Shown one piece after another: positions 1-9,582 of a stretch of 40,115 nucleotides of DNA. The notes under the pieces are model-generated. The model did not search any database. It saw nothing but the letters and a program-made list of their open reading frames with translations, and was not told where the DNA came from. Numbering within the stretch: the first letter of the stretch is position 1; each line of letters starts with the position of its first letter. This stretch comes from Candidatus Bathyarchaeota archaeon (lineage in GTDB: Archaea > Thermoproteota > Bathyarchaeia > Bathyarchaeales > Bathycorpusculaceae): contig CAVTBV010000015.1 of assembly GCA_963733095.1 (NCBI GenBank), forward strand, positions 1 to 40,115. The letters are read 5' to 3'. A program made the translations under genes and the position numbers.

Positions 1-585
1 GAAACGCATCTTTCGGTGTAAGTGTGAAGTGTAGTGTTTGGCCTATGCATGGTAACTCATAATTTGTTGAAATAATCTTGTGTTTTTGTTTTGTCTTTTT
101 GTTTGGTGTAGGTGGGCTCGTAATTTTTTTATTTGTGTGAACTCTTCAGTTTTGGTGTATTCTTCTGTTTTTTTGCTCTGTCGAGTGCAGGTGTTAATTG
201 TTTGTGGTATGCACGTTTATTTGAGTGAAACGGTTTATATGGGACATTTGTGGGGAATTTCGGGGTTTTTCTGGGCAACAGTTATATCGGCAAATGGAGC
301 ATAAACTTTGATGAGCTCAATGACTGACAAAGCACCCCTGTGCCCGACATGTTATATAGAAATGAAACCCAAATGCAACAAACAAAAAATAGTAATCTAT
401 CATGTATGCCCCCAATGCGGAACCCAGATACTTTTCACTCACTCAGGGCATTAACCCGCTTTGACTACCCTCTATCGTTTCTGCATAGAACCACTATGAG
501 GATCATAATAAGTTACGCTTTTCTACCCTTCATGGGTAAACTGAATATAGGCTGAGCATAAATCAGAACTGTAAGGCGACAAGAA

Positions 586-957
586 ATGGTGGAAACTCAA
601 GAACAGAAGAAAAGACGCAAAAAAAAGCAGCTTATCATCGTTGAGCAGGTGCAGGAAGAAAAAGTCGTCCAAAACGCAAAGGAAGTCACAGAAGCCCTCG
701 ATGAGCTTGAGGCGCAGGGGTACCAAGTTGACATCCAAGTCTGTCCCAGATGCAAAAGCCCCAAAATCGAACGCGCAAAAAGCACCAGCGGAGACATGTG
801 GGCACACATAGGAATACTCCCCCCAAGCTATGAATGCCCCGACTGCGGCTGGCAAGAACGCATAGTCCTAAAAGCCACCAACAAAAAACTGACAGTGCGA
901 GAAGTAGAGTTGATACGAGAAGTCATGGATGAAACAGACTACGCAGACTCCAAATAA
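586..957 (+). CDS. Zinc-ribbon hypothetical protein
   Basis: 123-aa ORF with CPRC and CPDC pairs. Confidence 0.75.
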   Translation: MVETQEQKKRRKKKQLIIVEQVQEEKVVQNAKEVTEALDELEAQGYQVDIQVCPRCKSPKIERAKSTSGDMWAHIGILPPSYECPDCGWQERIVLKATNKKLTVREVELIREVMDETDYADSK

Positions 958-1022
958 TTTAACCTGAATCTTGCCTTCATAAAACCTAATTATATCAACG
1001 GGGAACGTACTTCTGAATTAAA

Positions 1023-1160
1023 ATGAGAAGCAAACAAAAGCTCGAAACCTGCACTCTAGACTTCCCCATTACCATTGACTTTTTAGATTTAGGTACTGTT
1101 GAACAAGTTGTTGAGGAAGCTTTCATTAAAGAGTCAAAGAAACGAAGAAGAAAAGCCTAG
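1023..1160 (+). CDS. Small hypothetical protein (45 aa, basic C-terminus), not in ORF track
   Basis: ATG..TAG ORF MRSKQKLETCTLDFPITIDFLDLGTVEQVVEEAFIKESKKRRRKA; TTATAT box ~30 bp upstream. Confidence 0.4.
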   Translation: MRSKQKLETCTLDFPITIDFLDLGTVEQVVEEAFIKESKKRRRKA

Positions 1161-1274
1161 AAACCGATCAAAAATAGTGATGTGCTGGGTTAAATTAAGT
1201 CCATTCCGCAGTTGAAAACCTGATGAAAAATGGGAATAATCTTTGAAAAAATATGGATGGTTTGGCGAATGCTC

Positions 1275-1478
1275 TTATTCGCCCCAATCTTCGCCTTCAA
1301 TGGTTAACTCTTGAAGATCTACGCATCCACCTCCATCACTTATTTTTTTGACTTCAAGTTCCAGCCCACAACCGGGACAGCTTAGGATCTCTCCTTTCTC
1401 TGTGTCGTATGGAACGGTTAGTTCGAATTCGCAGTCTGGACATCTGGCTTTATTATTTGGATTATCTTGGTTGATCAT
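1275..1478 (-). CDS. lysW: Alpha-aminoadipate/glutamate carrier protein LysW
   Basis: Two CPxC zinc-ribbon motifs and the diagnostic C-terminal EDWGE. Confidence 0.92.
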   Translation of the reverse strand: MINQDNPNNKARCPDCEFELTVPYDTEKGEILSCPGCGLELEVKKISDGGGCVDLQELTIEGEDWGE

Positions 1479-1564
1479 TGATTTTTTCTCTTTTTGTTTG
1501 TTGGTTCTTATTGATTACGATTTCTTTTAAATATTGTGACTTTTGTATAACAAAATAAGCTATT

Positions 1565-1584
1565 ATTGTTCTATTTGGAACAAT
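1565..1584. promoter_or_regulatory. Perfect inverted repeat, candidate operator between lysW and the divergent membrane-protein gene
   Basis: ATTGTTC-TATTTG-GAACAAT. Confidence 0.4.
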
Positions 1585-1695
1585 GTGACTTTGTTGAATT
1601 GAAAAACATTTATTCCTGAAACAAAACAGTGAACAGCTAGCTGGAGTATTCTGGAAAAAGGAGTTGGGTGTGTAGCGTTACTCAGAAAAGCCCTA

Positions 1696-2553
1696 TTGGG
1701 TGTTGCTATCTCGTTTCTACTCTACAACATCTATTTGGCGCTAACTGCAACAGTCTTTATTTCTCACTTCCCAACCATAGTCACCCGTCTGCCCGATTTC
1801 ATACAAAGCTCACAACCAAACCTGCAACTGGGGCTTTTCCTGCTCCAGGAGCTATCGGGTTTCGTTGGGACTTGCCTGCGTCTGGTAGGCGCGGTATTTG
1901 CCCTGAACTGCGTAGTGCTCTTCTTGCGAAAAGACCCCCGATGCCTACGAAAGCTTCGGTTCGCTTTACTTTTTGAATCACTCTACTTTCTGCTGCTCTC
2001 GCCAGCCGCTATGAACCACTTGGTCGGCTCAGTGATCTCAATCAGTCCATTTTTGAATTTTTACACAGGAATTTCCTTCCTGCTTCAGGTAACGCTGATT
2101 TTTCCAGCGTTGTTCATGCTTAGCCGAAAACTGCAGAATCCCCGTGAATCCTCTTCGATTCTAAAGTGGGCAGGTGTCGCCGCTTTAATGTATATTTTAG
2201 GTTTTTGGGTTAAATCTGGTTTGATGTGGGTGTATGCGATTTCGCCCTCGGAAACCATGGGCGGTTTGGTTGGCGCGGTTGGGTTTTTTAATTCTTGGTT
2301 GACTCTGCTGGTTGCCGCGGTTGTTTGTGCTTTTGTGTGCTTAACTTTTAGGCAAAAAAAGAAACTCAATATAAAATTAGCTGGGATAGCTGTAATTTTG
2401 GTGGGGGGTTACTTTTTGATTTACGATTTCGTTTCAGTTTGGAACCCGATTTATCGTGCTTTCTTGCCTCTTACTGATTTTTGGATGATGAGTCTGCTGG
2501 TTGTGGGGCTTGCTGTTTTGCTTGACTCAAGCCACGCAGCTGAGCTCTTTTAA
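1696..2553 (+). CDS. Multi-pass membrane protein of unknown function
   Basis: 285-aa ORF with about 8 hydrophobic segments; start uncertain. Confidence 0.75.
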   Translation: MGVAISFLLYNIYLALTATVFISHFPTIVTRLPDFIQSSQPNLQLGLFLLQELSGFVGTCLRLVGAVFALNCVVLFLRKDPRCLRKLRFALLFESLYFLLLSPAAMNHLVGSVISISPFLNFYTGISFLLQVTLIFPALFMLSRKLQNPRESSSILKWAGVAALMYILGFWVKSGLMWVYAISPSETMGGLVGAVGFFNSWLTLLVAAVVCAFVCLTFRQKKKLNIKLAGIAVILVGGYFLIYDFVSVWNPIYRAFLPLTDFWMMSLLVVGLAVLLDSSHAAELF

Positions 2554-2629
2554 TTTTTGCAAAGTCAAATAAATCTCATATGTACCACTTTATTTGGTTA
2601 CTTGAGTAAATGCCTGCGGATGCACTTCG

Positions 2630-3691
2630 ATGAGGATTATCTTCCATTTGGACATGGATCATTTCTACACTGCAGTTGAGGAGCGCGAGCGCCCGGAAAT
2701 CAAGGGGAAACCCGTTATCGTTGGTTCGGATCCAAAGGAAGGCAAAGGAAGAGGCGTCGTATCCACAAGCAACTATGAAGCCAGAGCATCAGGCGTGCGC
2801 TCAGGTATGCCGATTTCTATGGCTTGGCGGTTGTGTCAGCGGGCGGTTTATTTGCCGCCGAATTTCCCTTTGTACATTCGGGTTTCAGGTGAAATCATGT
2901 CGCTGGCGCGTAAGTACTCTGGGAAGTTTGAGCAGTGGGGGATTGATGAGGCTTTTTTGGATGTGTCGGAGAAGGTTGCGAATTGGGCTGAGGCGGCGGC
3001 GTTGGCGCGGCAGATTAAGCAGGAGATTAAGGACAAAGAGGGCATCACTGCATCGATTGGCGTGGGACCTAACAAACTCGTCGCTAAGGTTGCCAGTGAC
3101 TTCCAGAAACCCGACGGCTTAACCATCGTCAAGGAAAACGAAGTAGAAAAGTTCCTCGAACCCCTGCCCGTTCGCAAGCTGCTGTGGGTGGGGCGCAAAA
3201 CCGAAGCCAAACTCAAGGAATTGAGCGTGAACACGATCGGCGATTTGGCGCGTTATGATGCTTCGGCTTTGACTTCGATGTTTGGGGTGATGGGCTTGCA
3301 GATGCATTTATCTGCGAAGGGCATCGACAAGAGTGAAGTTGAAGAACGCCTAGGCGTCAAAAGTGTAAGCCACGAAACAACCTTTGAGCAAGATACTGCA
3401 GACTCCACTGTTATTTTTCAAGCGTTGGGTACACTCTGTGAGGATGTTTTGAAGGAAACTGTTAATCAGCATTTACTGTTTAAAACTGTCACCGTTAAGA
3501 TTCGCTATCAGGGCTTTGAGACTCATACGAGAAGCAAAACCCTGCTTTTCTTAACTAACCAGCTTCGCGATTTGCAGAAAACCGCGAACGAATTGTTGTT
3601 TTCTAATCTGCGCAAAGACCGTAAAGTTCGGCTTATCGGTGTGCGGGTTTCCAGCTTGGTTTCTTCTGAGAAGCAGAGGACACTGGTTTAG
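2630..3691 (+). CDS. dinB: DNA polymerase IV (Y-family)
   Basis: HLDMDHFY, SNYEAR..GVRSGMP, IDEAFLDV, AKVASDFQKPDG, VRLIGVRVS motifs. Confidence 0.96.
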   Translation: MRIIFHLDMDHFYTAVEERERPEIKGKPVIVGSDPKEGKGRGVVSTSNYEARASGVRSGMPISMAWRLCQRAVYLPPNFPLYIRVSGEIMSLARKYSGKFEQWGIDEAFLDVSEKVANWAEAAALARQIKQEIKDKEGITASIGVGPNKLVAKVASDFQKPDGLTIVKENEVEKFLEPLPVRKLLWVGRKTEAKLKELSVNTIGDLARYDASALTSMFGVMGLQMHLSAKGIDKSEVEERLGVKSVSHETTFEQDTADSTVIFQALGTLCEDVLKETVNQHLLFKTVTVKIRYQGFETHTRSKTLLFLTNQLRDLQKTANELLFSNLRKDRKVRLIGVRVSSLVSSEKQRTLV

Positions 3692-4239
3692 AGTTCAGAG
3701 ATTTTCTTGGGCACCAGACGCTTTCCGTATTCTTCTTCGCTGGCGACTTGGCTTAGGGTTTTTCTGTTTCGCACGATGTTGAGGAGCTTGCTGGATAAGT
3801 CCAATTTACCGCTTGGGTAGCCGACGGAGAGCATGACGAGGACTTCAAGGGGGTCTGGGATTTTCAGGGCGGCTTTGATATCTTTTTCGGCGAAGCTTCC
3901 TACGCAGCATGTTCCTAAACCTAGGCTGACGGCAGTCAACACCATATTCTCCACGGCTAAGGCAACGTCGATAGCGTGCCATTTAGGCGATGCTTTCTTG
4001 TCGCCGCAAGCAACAATGACAAGAGGCGCCTGCGTTAGGAACTTTGCCCATGTGCCTCCAGACAAAGTTTTCCGCTTCTCGGCGTCGGTTACTGCGATGA
4101 AGTGCCAGGGCTCGATGTTTCTGGCTGACGGCGCCAACCGACCCGCCTCCAGAATCTTTTCCATCATTTCTCTTGGAACAGGCTTGTCCTCATAGCTGCG
4201 GATCGAACGCCGCTCCTGTATGGCTTCAAAAACATCCAT
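3688..4239 (-). CDS. Nitroreductase family protein
   Basis: RRSIRSY, APSARNIEPWHF, GLGTCCVG motifs. Confidence 0.93.
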   Translation of the reverse strand: MDVFEAIQERRSIRSYEDKPVPREMMEKILEAGRLAPSARNIEPWHFIAVTDAEKRKTLSGGTWAKFLTQAPLVIVACGDKKASPKWHAIDVALAVENMVLTAVSLGLGTCCVGSFAEKDIKAALKIPDPLEVLVMLSVGYPSGKLDLSSKLLNIVRNRKTLSQVASEEEYGKRLVPKKISEL

Positions 4240-4369
4240 CTATCTGTCGCTTCCTAAACCTAAAAGGCGATTGTATCCTAATATAATTTTAGACAACAAC
4301 AGTTTTTCAACATTATAGTGGCTAAGAATAGAGCCACTAGGACCTATCCCTCTTTCGGGTTTAGGCTTA

Positions 4370-5017
4370 TTATTTTGTGGGGTCAGCTATGCCTGCTTCT
4401 TGGAAGGCTTTTTTGCGGTTGACACAGGATTCGCATTTGCCGCAGTGTTTCTCGTTATCTATGTAGCAGGACCATGTCAACTCAAAGGGAACGCCTAATT
4501 CGGTGCCTGCCTTGATTACTTCGGATTTGCGTTTTCCGCTGAACGGGGCTTGAATCGTGATGTTTTCGCCTGTGCCCAGCCTTGCCGCCGTCTCGAACGA
4601 TTTGTAGAATTCGTGTCTGCAGTCGGGGTAGAATGGTTCGTCTGAGCCGTGAGCGCCGTAAAAAATCTTGTCAGCGCAAACGGAAACTGCGTAGGATACC
4701 GCTACAGATAGAAATATGGCGTTTCTGAATGGGACGATGATGGGCTGGCTGAATTCAGCTGTTATCGGAATGTTGATGTTGCAGAGTGAGGTTACGTCGC
4801 CGAAGACTCCCTTGAGGGCGGAGAGGTCAACGATTTTTGTTTTGGCGCCGAGGCTTTCGGCGATTTTTTCTGCGGCTTGGGTTTCTTTTACGGCGATTTG
4901 CCCATAGTTGAAAGTTATAGGGTACAATTCGTAACCCTGTTTTTTTGCCCAGTACGCCACCACAGCTGAATCTGGACCGCCGCTAAGAACGATCACGCAT
5001 TTTTTGGTTTCTTTCAT
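4370..5017 (-). CDS. queC: 7-cyano-7-deazaguanine (preQ0) synthase; start moved to ATG 5017 (MKETKK)
   Basis: SGGPDS PP-loop, VPFRNAIFLS, YPDCR, TWSCY..HCGKCESC. Confidence 0.95.
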   Translation of the reverse strand: MKETKKCVIVLSGGPDSAVVAYWAKKQGYELYPITFNYGQIAVKETQAAEKIAESLGAKTKIVDLSALKGVFGDVTSLCNINIPITAEFSQPIIVPFRNAIFLSVAVSYAVSVCADKIFYGAHGSDEPFYPDCRHEFYKSFETAARLGTGENITIQAPFSGKRKSEVIKAGTELGVPFELTWSCYIDNEKHCGKCESCVNRKKAFQEAGIADPTK

Positions 5018-5037
5018 GATTTCTGCTCCATATTTTT

Positions 5038-5538
5038 TTATTTTCCGAGCCATCCTTGAATACCTGTTTTCTTTAGAACCTTGAATAGTGGGTATCCTAT
5101 TAGGACGCTTGCAACGGTGTTTCCAAGGGTTACGTAGGCAATGGTGACAAGCAATGGGTATCCATAGAGGTATGAGAGCATCCATCCAACTGTGGTTCCT
5201 AGAACTGCTGAGTATGCGATGCAAGTTCCGATTATAGTGTAGTCATTGCTGGTTTTTTTGTAAGTATAATACACGACGAAAGCCATGACGAAGGATGGTA
5301 TCGTATTTAGCAGGTCGATGGGGCCTGCAGGAGAGAACAAGTTGGAGATGAATACTCCAAGGGTATGACCTAAAACGCCTGCTATGCCTAGCAGGGGTAC
5401 AGCGGCAACCATTGAATCTGCTATTCGAACATTCAAGAGTCCATAAGATAAAAATCCGAGGCTAACAACTAGTGCCACATACACTGCAGCATAAATCGAC
5501 ATTAAAGCTAAATCTTTCGTACGTATTTTCAAGTGCAT
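5038..5538 (-). CDS. queT: QueT-family queuosine-precursor transporter (ECF S-component-like)
   Basis: IYAAVYVALVV..SYGLLNVRIAD..LGVFISNLFSP.G..D pattern; directly upstream of queC. Confidence 0.85.
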   Translation of the reverse strand: MHLKIRTKDLALMSIYAAVYVALVVSLGFLSYGLLNVRIADSMVAAVPLLGIAGVLGHTLGVFISNLFSPAGPIDLLNTIPSFVMAFVVYYTYKKTSNDYTIIGTCIAYSAVLGTTVGWMLSYLYGYPLLVTIAYVTLGNTVASVLIGYPLFKVLKKTGIQGWLGK

Positions 5539-5610
5539 TTCTCCCTACTCCCGGGTTTTATTTTTTGGTTGGCGGAACGGGTAGGAGAATCCACTCACCC
5601 GCCAATTCGC
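5539..5610 (-). ncRNA. Candidate preQ-type riboswitch-like leader of queT-queC
   Basis: 7-bp stem UUGGCGG/CCGCCAA, A-rich tail AAAAAAUAAAACCC, loop UUCUCCUACCC complementary to the SD region GGGAGUAGGGAGAA; TATA-like TTTTTAT at 5631-5637 (minus strand). Confidence 0.6.
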
Positions 5611-5694
5611 AAATGAACCTTCAAGCATCAATAAAAACCTTGTGAATAATCTTTTTTCAAGTCCCATTTGCCCATGCATTCAACGTCTGAATGT

Positions 5695-5740
5695 TTAGTC
5701 AAGAAAGTTTGACTAACTTTAGTCAAGAAAATTTTACGAA
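5695..5740. promoter_or_regulatory. Tandem palindromic operator
   Basis: TTAGTCAA-gaaagt-TTGACTAA (5695-5716) followed by TTAGTCAA-gaaaat-TTTACGAA (5719-5740). Confidence 0.65.
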
Positions 5741-5791
5741 AACCCATTTTATTGATGATTAAAAATAGGAAGTCACGGAAATGCGAGGGAT

Positions 5792-5962
5792 ATGGCGTTA
5801 AACCACTATGTGATAAATCATAGACTTCTTATTCAAATGCAGAAAAACGGCAATGTTTTCTGCGCTATATGTCATCAACCGATCGTTGAAGGACAGCGAG
5901 TTGCTTCAAGAAAAGCCACATCTGTTCGGCATGAAGAATGTTATCAGCGGTCTTTTGTTTAA
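5792..5962 (+). CDS. Small zinc-finger protein (56 aa, CxxC...HxxC), not in ORF track
   Basis: MALNHYVINHRLLIQMQKNGNVFCAICHQPIVEGQRVASRKATSVRHEECYQRSFV; GAGGGA just upstream. Confidence 0.7.
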   Translation: MALNHYVINHRLLIQMQKNGNVFCAICHQPIVEGQRVASRKATSVRHEECYQRSFV

Positions 5963-6165
5963 CAAAGGCCCCTTATGATTGATACCTTGATCTTCAGGAA
6001 AGTCGGGTATCAGTATTGGTATCTCTTGGTCTTTACATGGAGAATAGGCGTACAGGGATAATGGCGTCTTTGGCGAAATATTAATAAAGTCCTCAGAAAG
6101 ATTAGATGTTGCTACTTCCTAGTGGATGGCATTCCGCGAAACGGAGTTTTAGGGAGCACAAAACT

Positions 6166-6810
6166 ATGTCACAAAATAATACAACTAGCCAGCTAGTCCT
6201 AAAAGGAACAACTACAATCGGTGTCGTCTGTAAAGATGGCGTAATTTTAGCTTCAGACACACGAGTAACTATGGGCTACTATGTTGCTCATAAATTCGGC
6301 AAAAAAGTCTACAAAATCGACGACCACATGGGCATGACTATCGCAGGAACCGTAGCAGACGCGCAAAGAGTGGTTGACATCCTAACCGCGAACGCGCACC
6401 TATACAAGATTAACATGAACCGCCCCATGCCAATCAGCTCAGCCGCAAGGTTAGTTGCAAACCTTTTGTTCTCAGCACGCTATGTACCCCTCTCAACACA
6501 GGTATTGGTCGGCGGCATAGATGACACTGGACCACACGTCTACAACCTAGACCCCTATGGCAGCTTAACTGAAGAAAAATCTGTTTCCACAGGTTCCGGT
6601 TCACCAGTCGCCTACGGCATCCTTGAAGACAAATACCGTGAAGGCATGCCCATCGCCGAAATGTTACCTACCATCGCTAAGGCAGTTAACGCTGCTATGA
6701 AGCGTGACGTTGCAAGCGGCAACAACTACAACATCATCGTAATCGACCAGTACGGTTACAAGGAATTAACAGACGAGGAGAAATGCAAACTTCTCAAAGC
6801 AGGAAGTTAA
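6166..6810 (+). CDS. psmB: Proteasome subunit beta
   Basis: Propeptide ending LKG|TTTIG, DTRVT, GSGS, RDVASG; start at ATG 6166. Confidence 0.96.
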   Translation: MSQNNTTSQLVLKGTTTIGVVCKDGVILASDTRVTMGYYVAHKFGKKVYKIDDHMGMTIAGTVADAQRVVDILTANAHLYKINMNRPMPISSAARLVANLLFSARYVPLSTQVLVGGIDDTGPHVYNLDPYGSLTEEKSVSTGSGSPVAYGILEDKYREGMPIAEMLPTIAKAVNAAMKRDVASGNNYNIIVIDQYGYKELTDEEKCKLLKAGS

Positions 6811-6815
6811 GTACA

Positions 6816-8750
6816 GTGGCTCGAACGCAAGAAAAACGGACCCAAGATAAAGACAAAATAGAAATTAGCCAATATATTCTCCAGAAAGTTCCCCGAGAAG
6901 CAGAGGTAACCAGGATCGAATATGAAGGTCCCATGCTTGCCGTTTACACTAAAAAACCAGAAATTTTAGTTGATCAAAGCAGCGTTGTAGCTGAAATCGT
7001 CGGCGTCATCAGGAAAAGAATCGTTATCCGACCCGACCCCTCCGTTCGGATTCCCGAAGTGGAAGCAGAAAAAATCGCACGTGAACTTATCCCTGCCGAA
7101 GCAGAAGTAACTGACATTAATTTCGACCCCAGCCTTGGCGAAATCATTATAGAAACCAAAAAGCCAGGCTTAGTTATAGGCAGAAACGGCGCGGTTTTGC
7201 AGGAAATAATAAAGAAAACCAAATGGCGACCTCACGTATTGCGGAGCCCGCCAATTAAATCCAAGATTATTACTCACATGCGCCACTACTTGCATTCAGA
7301 AAGCAAAGAACGCGAACGCATCTTGCGCACCGTAGGCGAACGTATCTTTAGACCTAAAACCTTCGACGTAGGTGACATACGCATGACTGTGTTGGGCGGC
7401 GCACAAGAAGTCGGTCGTAGCGCATTTCTCATTAAAACACGTGAAAGCAGTGTACTCTTAGACTGCGGTATTCATCCAGGTTCACAGAGACCTTTCGAAT
7501 CGTTCCCACGCTTTGATTGCCCAGAGTTTCAACTTGATTCTTTAGATGCAGTAGTAATCACCCATGCCCATCTTGACCACTGCGGTTTAGCCCCCTTCCT
7601 CTACAAATATGGTTATGACGGTCCAATTTATTGCACAGCCCCCACATCAAACTTGATGACTATGCTGCAACTCGATTACTTGGATGTTGCTGGCAAGCAG
7701 GGCGTCACCCCATTCTATGACCAAAAAGATGTTCGCGAATGTGTTTTGCATACTATTCCACTCAGGTACGGGGTAGTCACCGATATTGCCCCCGACATAC
7801 GTTTAACCTTGCATAATTCCGGCCACATCTTGGGCGGTGCCATGGCTCATCTGCACATCGGCGAAGGCTTACACAACATCGTTTACACCAGCGACTACAA
7901 GTTTGCACGAACCATGCTTTTAGAAGCTGCCGCAACAGAGTTTCCACGTATCGAAACCGTGATTACGGAGAGCACCTATGGTGGCTCAGAAGACTTTACG
8001 CCTTCTCGTGTTGACGCAGAAGAAACCATGACACGCATCGTAAACCAAACCTTGGAACGCAAGGGCAACGTGCTCATTCCAGTGCCTGCAGTCGGAAGAG
8101 CGCAAGAAATCATGCTCATAATCGATGGGTACATGAAACGCGGCTTAATGAAAGAAGCCCCAGTCTTCATCGAAGGCATGATAAGTGAAGCCACCGCAAT
8201 CCACACCGCTTACCCAGAATACTTGGGCAGAGAAGTCCGCCACAGCATCCTCCACGAAGAAGTTAACCCATTCAAGAGCGACTACTTCACCATCGTTGAG
8301 CACCCCAGTATCCGCCAAAGCATAATCGAAGGAGAACCATGCATAGTTCTTGCAACTTCAGGCATGCTTGAAGGCGGACCCGTAATTGAGTACTTCAAGA
8401 ACTGGGCCAGTAACGAGAAGAACACAATTATCTTCGTTAGTTACCAGATTGAAGGAACTATGGGCAAACGTGTCCAGAAGGGGGTGCGCGAAGTAACTAT
8501 GATGGATAATGAAGGCAAAATGGCAGCATTATCAGTTAAGATGCAGACGGAATCAGTTGAAGGTTTTTCAGGTCACTCTGATAGGCGCCAACTGGTTAAT
8601 TACTTGACCCACCTGACACCTAAACCTGAGCGTATCTTTGTTGTTCACGGCGAAAAACAGAAAACCATGAATTTCGCCAACTTTTTGGATAACAAAGCCG
8701 GCATAAACACTGTTGTTCCATCTGTTCTGGAAACCTATCGACTGCTCTAA
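6816..8750 (+). CDS. fttA: Beta-CASP ribonuclease aCPSF1 / transcription termination factor FttA
   Basis: N-terminal KH domains (KPGLVIGRNG), THAHLDH, AVGRAQE, GFSGHSD, VHGE; usual adjacency to psmB; GTG start inferred. Confidence 0.95.
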   Translation: MARTQEKRTQDKDKIEISQYILQKVPREAEVTRIEYEGPMLAVYTKKPEILVDQSSVVAEIVGVIRKRIVIRPDPSVRIPEVEAEKIARELIPAEAEVTDINFDPSLGEIIIETKKPGLVIGRNGAVLQEIIKKTKWRPHVLRSPPIKSKIITHMRHYLHSESKERERILRTVGERIFRPKTFDVGDIRMTVLGGAQEVGRSAFLIKTRESSVLLDCGIHPGSQRPFESFPRFDCPEFQLDSLDAVVITHAHLDHCGLAPFLYKYGYDGPIYCTAPTSNLMTMLQLDYLDVAGKQGVTPFYDQKDVRECVLHTIPLRYGVVTDIAPDIRLTLHNSGHILGGAMAHLHIGEGLHNIVYTSDYKFARTMLLEAAATEFPRIETVITESTYGGSEDFTPSRVDAEETMTRIVNQTLERKGNVLIPVPAVGRAQEIMLIIDGYMKRGLMKEAPVFIEGMISEATAIHTAYPEYLGREVRHSILHEEVNPFKSDYFTIVEHPSIRQSIIEGEPCIVLATSGMLEGGPVIEYFKNWASNEKNTIIFVSYQIEGTMGKRVQKGVREVTMMDNEGKMAALSVKMQTESVEGFSGHSDRRQLVNYLTHLTPKPERIFVVHGEKQKTMNFANFLDNKAGINTVVPSVLETYRLL

Positions 8751-8773
8751 AATAAAAAATTGTAATCTAAAAA

Positions 8774-9406
8774 TTAGGCTGCTGAAGGTAAAGGCTCACT
8801 GGAAACTGGCGCTGGAGTTTTCTCTCGCCAAATCCTTATCGTTTTTGGACATATGACCACTCGTTCTTCGCCTAAACGTGCAATGTCGCCGCCTATAGAT
8901 TCAGCAAACTGGAAAAGGTCGTTAACTGCGCTCTTGACATCTTCTATGCTTCTACTTGCAAGAGGTGTTACGCGCAAAATAATTATGTTGCCGTTTTGGA
9001 CTTCGGTTTTTATGTTTTCGAGGTCAGTTAGGTCCCTTAGAGGCATGGCTTTAAGGTAGGTTTTGCTGATTGGTGGCTCTGGAACAGCTTGTTTTTCCTC
9101 AACTGGTGGCGGGGCAATGTTATCTTGTGGTTGCTCTGGGGCAGGCGAAGTGATTTCTGGTGCTGTTTCCTGTGCTGGGATAGTTGGTTCTTGTGAAGTT
9201 TCTTGAGCGGTGTTTACTATTTCTTGTTTAGTCTCTTCCTGAGTGATATTGCTTGGGGCTTGGTCAACCTTTGGATTATCTTCAACTTCTTGCTTTTGTC
9301 CTTCTTGGGACTCAGCAAATGTTTTTTGTTCGGGTTCTTCTTGAGGAGGCACGGCTGGTTGTTCCTGTTCTGGTTGTTTCTTTTTGTGGAATATGTTGAA
9401 TGGCAT
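8774..9406 (-). CDS. sepF: Cell division protein SepF (DUF552) with a long Pro/Glu/Gln-rich linker
   Basis: C-terminal GNIIIL...GGDIARLGEERVVICP; ATG 9406 (MPFNIF) preceded by GAGGAG. Confidence 0.85.
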   Translation of the reverse strand: MPFNIFHKKKQPEQEQPAVPPQEEPEQKTFAESQEGQKQEVEDNPKVDQAPSNITQEETKQEIVNTAQETSQEPTIPAQETAPEITSPAPEQPQDNIAPPPVEEKQAVPEPPISKTYLKAMPLRDLTDLENIKTEVQNGNIIILRVTPLASRSIEDVKSAVNDLFQFAESIGGDIARLGEERVVICPKTIRIWREKTPAPVSSEPLPSAA

Positions 9407-9582
9407 TATTTTCTCCTCTAAACCCACTAATATCTGTGCTTTCACAATTAAGCGTTTCTTTACTTCTACTTTGGTATATCGCTATGTTTTAGATTTGTCA
9501 GTACATAAATATTTGATTTGCGTTTTCCCGCTCCATTCTTTTCTGTTTTTAATTAATTTATCTGGTTTACAGCGCAGAGAAT

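Noticed and set aside
1-555. ORFs 80-304 and 340-555, and an open minus-strand frame at the window start
   Set aside because: Compositionally skewed, with no convincing start or motif; cannot be supported.
2676-3307. Alternative-frame and antisense ORFs within dinB (and similar ones within other long genes)
   Set aside because: Shadows of well-supported genes.
5018-5224. N-terminal extension of QueC in the ORF track
   Set aside because: Overlaps queT in another frame; QueC homology begins at MKETKK (5017).
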